From positions 60,059-92,058 of the forward strand of contig NZ_PGGB02000005.1 in NCBI RefSeq assembly GCF_002803295.2: a stretch of 32,000 bases of DNA, in the 5' to 3' direction. The stretch comes from Caedibacter taeniospiralis. Lineage in GTDB: Bacteria > Pseudomonadota > Gammaproteobacteria > Francisellales > Francisellaceae. Shown one piece after another: positions 29,381-32,000 of this stretch (the first letter of the stretch is position 1; each line of letters starts with the position of its first letter). Position numbers and translations under genes: made by a program. The notes under the pieces were generated by a model that searched no databases, was not told the origin of the DNA, and was given only the letters and a program-made list of their open reading frames with translations.

Positions 29381-30613
29381 ATGCCAGAAATGATTAAAAA
29401 AGCCAAGCTCAATCCAAGCTTGTTAAACCTACAAATTTACGCTTCTAAAGCTATTTCCTTAGAGGTCAAAAAGAACCCTGACATAGTGGGGCTAAGCTTT
29501 GGTGAGCCAGAGTTTGGTCCCCCCCCTTATGCCCTAAAAGACATTGAAGATAAAGACCTTTCTATCGGCAACTTTTTAAACGCGGTAAAGCGCTATGAGG
29601 ACCCGAAAGGATCATTAGAGCTTAGGCAGGCTATCGCTGCTTGGTATAAGCAGCGTTACAATTTAGATGTGAACCCTGAGAAAGAAATTATGGTGACACA
29701 CGGAGGGGTTGAGGCCATTACCCTAGCCATTTTGTCTACCAGTGAAGTGGGTGATATCATTGCGGTGACGGACCCCTCTTACATGCTTTATTCTCGAACG
29801 ATTACAACCCTAGAGCGTAAGTGCCATACGATTCATCGTCCAGTAGGCGGGTATGAATATAAGAAAATTCTGGAAGATAAAGCTATTCTGCAGTCAGACT
29901 TTGCCAAAGCAAAAACGATCATTATTAATTCACCAGAAAATCCTTCTGGGTATGTGGTTGATCCTACTGAATGGGAAATGATTGCCGATTACTCCAAAAA
30001 AATGGGGCTATGGGTCATTCATGATGAGGTTTACGATACAATGGCGTTCGAGCGAAAGCACATTCCATTTCGAGCTAGTTGTTCTTTGCCACCCTATTCA
30101 ATTATGATCAACAGCTTTTCTAAAAAATTTGGTATTCCAGGCTTACGTATTGGCTGGATAGTCGCAAATGAAGAGGTAATTAATTTAGCGAGCAAGATTC
30201 ATGACTATATGTATCTTGGGGTCAATATTCAGTATGAAAAAATTGCAACTCGCTTACTGTCTGACCAAAGAAATATGGAATGGCTGGCAGGCATTACTCA
30301 GAAAATAAAGCAACGCGCAGAAAAAGCAATGCACGTTCTGGGTGAACAGCAAGGGTTTTCCTGGCCTCGTCTGCCTCTTGGCGCAATGTTTCTTTTCCCG
30401 AATGTGCGTGCTTTGTATGATAAAATGCCTGAAGCCTATCGGTCAAAAGGTGTAGTTGTAGGGGATGCTGTAGCACAATATTTGATGAAAGAGAAAAAAG
30501 TGGCTGTCGTGCCTGGTTCAGTGTACGGTTCGGAAAGCAGTGAGCATGTACGCCTGGTATTGTGTACAACTGATAAAGAGTTTGATCTTGCGCTTGACCG
30601 CCTTCAAGCTTAA
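29381..30613 (+). CDS. PLP-dependent class I/II aminotransferase (aspartate-aminotransferase-like)
   Basis: VGLSFGEPEFGPPPYALKD, SPENPSGYVVDP, IHDEVYDTMAF, SFSKKFGIPGLRIGWIVA (PLP lysine). Confidence 0.88.
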   Translation: MPEMIKKAKLNPSLLNLQIYASKAISLEVKKNPDIVGLSFGEPEFGPPPYALKDIEDKDLSIGNFLNAVKRYEDPKGSLELRQAIAAWYKQRYNLDVNPEKEIMVTHGGVEAITLAILSTSEVGDIIAVTDPSYMLYSRTITTLERKCHTIHRPVGGYEYKKILEDKAILQSDFAKAKTIIINSPENPSGYVVDPTEWEMIADYSKKMGLWVIHDEVYDTMAFERKHIPFRASCSLPPYSIMINSFSKKFGIPGLRIGWIVANEEVINLASKIHDYMYLGVNIQYEKIATRLLSDQRNMEWLAGITQKIKQRAEKAMHVLGEQQGFSWPRLPLGAMFLFPNVRALYDKMPEAYRSKGVVVGDAVAQYLMKEKKVAVVPGSVYGSESSEHVRLVLCTTDKEFDLALDRLQA

Positions 30614-30624
30614 GGGCGTCAATC

Positions 30625-31446
30625 ATGAAAACTGAAAAAAATTCCTTGATCGAACAAGGATTTGCTCATTTTAAAAACGCGCTGCATCCTTCTGCATTTT
30701 CTGCTTTGAGTGAGGAATATGAACGTCTGGTTGTAAGAGCGCGAGAAATTATAGCTCACACTAAGAAAGAAAATATCAGTTTGGGAGATTATTACCAGCA
30801 GCATGATGGCGAAATTATTGTTGTACCTGAAGCGGAGCAACCGACCGAGCCTTGCCGTTTTGAATATATTGCGCATTGTTCAAAGCGTTTAAATGATGAG
30901 GTTGTTCAGTATGTGAAAGATTTAATTGAAACGCTAACTGGCGAGTCATTTGTACTGTTTAAAGATAAGTGCAATCTTAAAAATCCAGGAGGCGGTGCTT
31001 TTCCTCCACACCAGGATATTACTGCATATCGCCATTTCAAGCCAAAGTTCCATATTACTGCGGCAGTCATGCTGGATGACTCAACCGTAGAAAATGGTTG
31101 TTTGGAAATGGCAAGTAATTATCACCAAAGTCTTGGGACTCAAGCATTAGGCATTCTGGATTTTTATGAGGGAGGTCCTCGCAATGGAGACATTAAGGAT
31201 GAGATTAGTCAGCAATTTGATTGGAGGTCTATTCCAGCGGCGCCTGGTGATGTAGTGCTTTTTAATTCCTTTGTGCCACATCGATCAGCAAAGAATACTT
31301 CGCAAAAGAGTCGACGGAATTTCTTTTTTACTTTTAATGTGGCTCGAGAAGGCAACTGGTATGAGCATTATTATGCTGCAAAAAAGCTGGACTTTAATAA
31401 TCCGATGTTTCATGTTTCGACCCCAACGCAGCATCGAGGCAAGTAA
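30625..31446 (+). CDS. PhyH-family Fe(II)/2-oxoglutarate dioxygenase, possibly 2-aminoethylphosphonate (PhnY-like) hydroxylase
   Basis: FPPHQDITAYRHF (HxD), ENGCLEMASNYHQ, PGDVVLFNSFVPHRSAKNTSQKSRRNFFFTFN (distal His, Arg); genomic context with PEP mutase and PhnW. Confidence 0.82.
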   Translation: MKTEKNSLIEQGFAHFKNALHPSAFSALSEEYERLVVRAREIIAHTKKENISLGDYYQQHDGEIIVVPEAEQPTEPCRFEYIAHCSKRLNDEVVQYVKDLIETLTGESFVLFKDKCNLKNPGGGAFPPHQDITAYRHFKPKFHITAAVMLDDSTVENGCLEMASNYHQSLGTQALGILDFYEGGPRNGDIKDEISQQFDWRSIPAAPGDVVLFNSFVPHRSAKNTSQKSRRNFFFTFNVAREGNWYEHYYAAKKLDFNNPMFHVSTPTQHRGK

Positions 31447-32000
31447 ATGAGTAAACAGGCACGTTTATTTACCCCAGGACCTTTAAATACTTCACAACAG
31501 GTTAAGGCATCGATGCAGATTGACCTTGGAAGCCGTACCGAGACACTTGCCGATTTGACTCAGAATATTCGGAATGAGCTTGAGTCTATTGCTGAATGCG
31601 GGAAAGAGTGTACCTCTGTTCTGTTGCAGGGAAGCGGCACTTTTGCTGTGGAGGCAATGCTAAGTACGTTGATTCAGGCAGATGATTGTGTATTGGTCAT
31701 ATCTAATGGTGTATATGGTGACCGGATGGCTAAAATATGCCAGATACATGGACTGCCTTTTTTTGTCTTGCAGCAGGACCCAGCGGCTCCGATTCAGCTT
31801 GATGAGGTTGAGAAATTTCTCAAAAATGAGCCATGCATCACACACATTGGGGTGGTTCAATTTGAGACTGCTGTAGGGATATTGAATAATATCGACGCTT
31901 TACTAGTTTTAGCTGAGCAGCATGCTTGCAAAGTTTTGGTGGATGCAATGAGTTCCTTTGGAGCATTACCATTGCCCTATCAAAGTACTGCTTTGGTTGC
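31447..32000 (+). CDS. phnW: 2-aminoethylphosphonate-pyruvate transaminase, 3'-truncated by window edge (absent from supplied ORF track)
   Basis: Open frame ATG 31447 to end: MSKQARLFTPGPLNTSQQVKASMQIDLGSRTETLADL...CTSVLLQGSGTFAVEAMLSTLIQ...VLVDAMSSFGALPLPY. Confidence 0.88.
   Translation, partial: MSKQARLFTPGPLNTSQQVKASMQIDLGSRTETLADLTQNIRNELESIAECGKECTSVLLQGSGTFAVEAMLSTLIQADDCVLVISNGVYGDRMAKICQIHGLPFFVLQQDPAAPIQLDEVEKFLKNEPCITHIGVVQFETAVGILNNIDALLVLAEQHACKVLVDAMSSFGALPLPYQSTALV

Noticed and set aside
1-32000. CRISPR arrays, rRNA or tRNA genes, or tandem repeat arrays
   Set aside because: No regularly spaced direct repeats and no rRNA- or tRNA-like sequence were noticed in any gap.

Overview
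This is a 32 kb AT-rich chromosomal segment, probably gammaproteobacterial (inferred from gene content such as xerD, lpxH, hldE, mpl, rppH and ptsP). About two thirds is housekeeping: an AAA-ATPase/PD-(D/E)XK-type protein (5'-truncated), xerD, lpxH, hldE, mpl, an anion transporter, a glycogen block malQ-glgB-glgA-glgP with no glgC in the window, an ArnT-like glycosyltransferase, glnA, rppH and ptsP. The last ~10 kb is accessory. A minus-strand run encodes a FemAB/GNAT-like protein, a Trm112-like protein, a methyltransferase, an Asp/Asn beta-hydroxylase and an SDR, next to a DMT-type exporter. It diverges, across an IS1595-like transposase remnant, from a tightly packed plus-strand phosphonate operon: PEP mutase, phosphonopyruvate decarboxylase, class I/II aminotransferase, PhyH-type dioxygenase and PhnW (runs off the window). 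The strongest signal is this operon. It pairs two aminotransferases with a PhnY-like dioxygenase. The PEP mutase gene is split over three reading-frame segments: a well-placed SD+ATG start in one frame, an A AAA AAT heptamer shifting to the frame of the catalytic core, then a return to the first frame for a C-terminus whose TGA overlaps the next ATG. Other points worth a look are a C9 tract at the glgB start, a C8 tract inside the aminotransferase, and a perfect 48-bp hairpin upstream of malQ.
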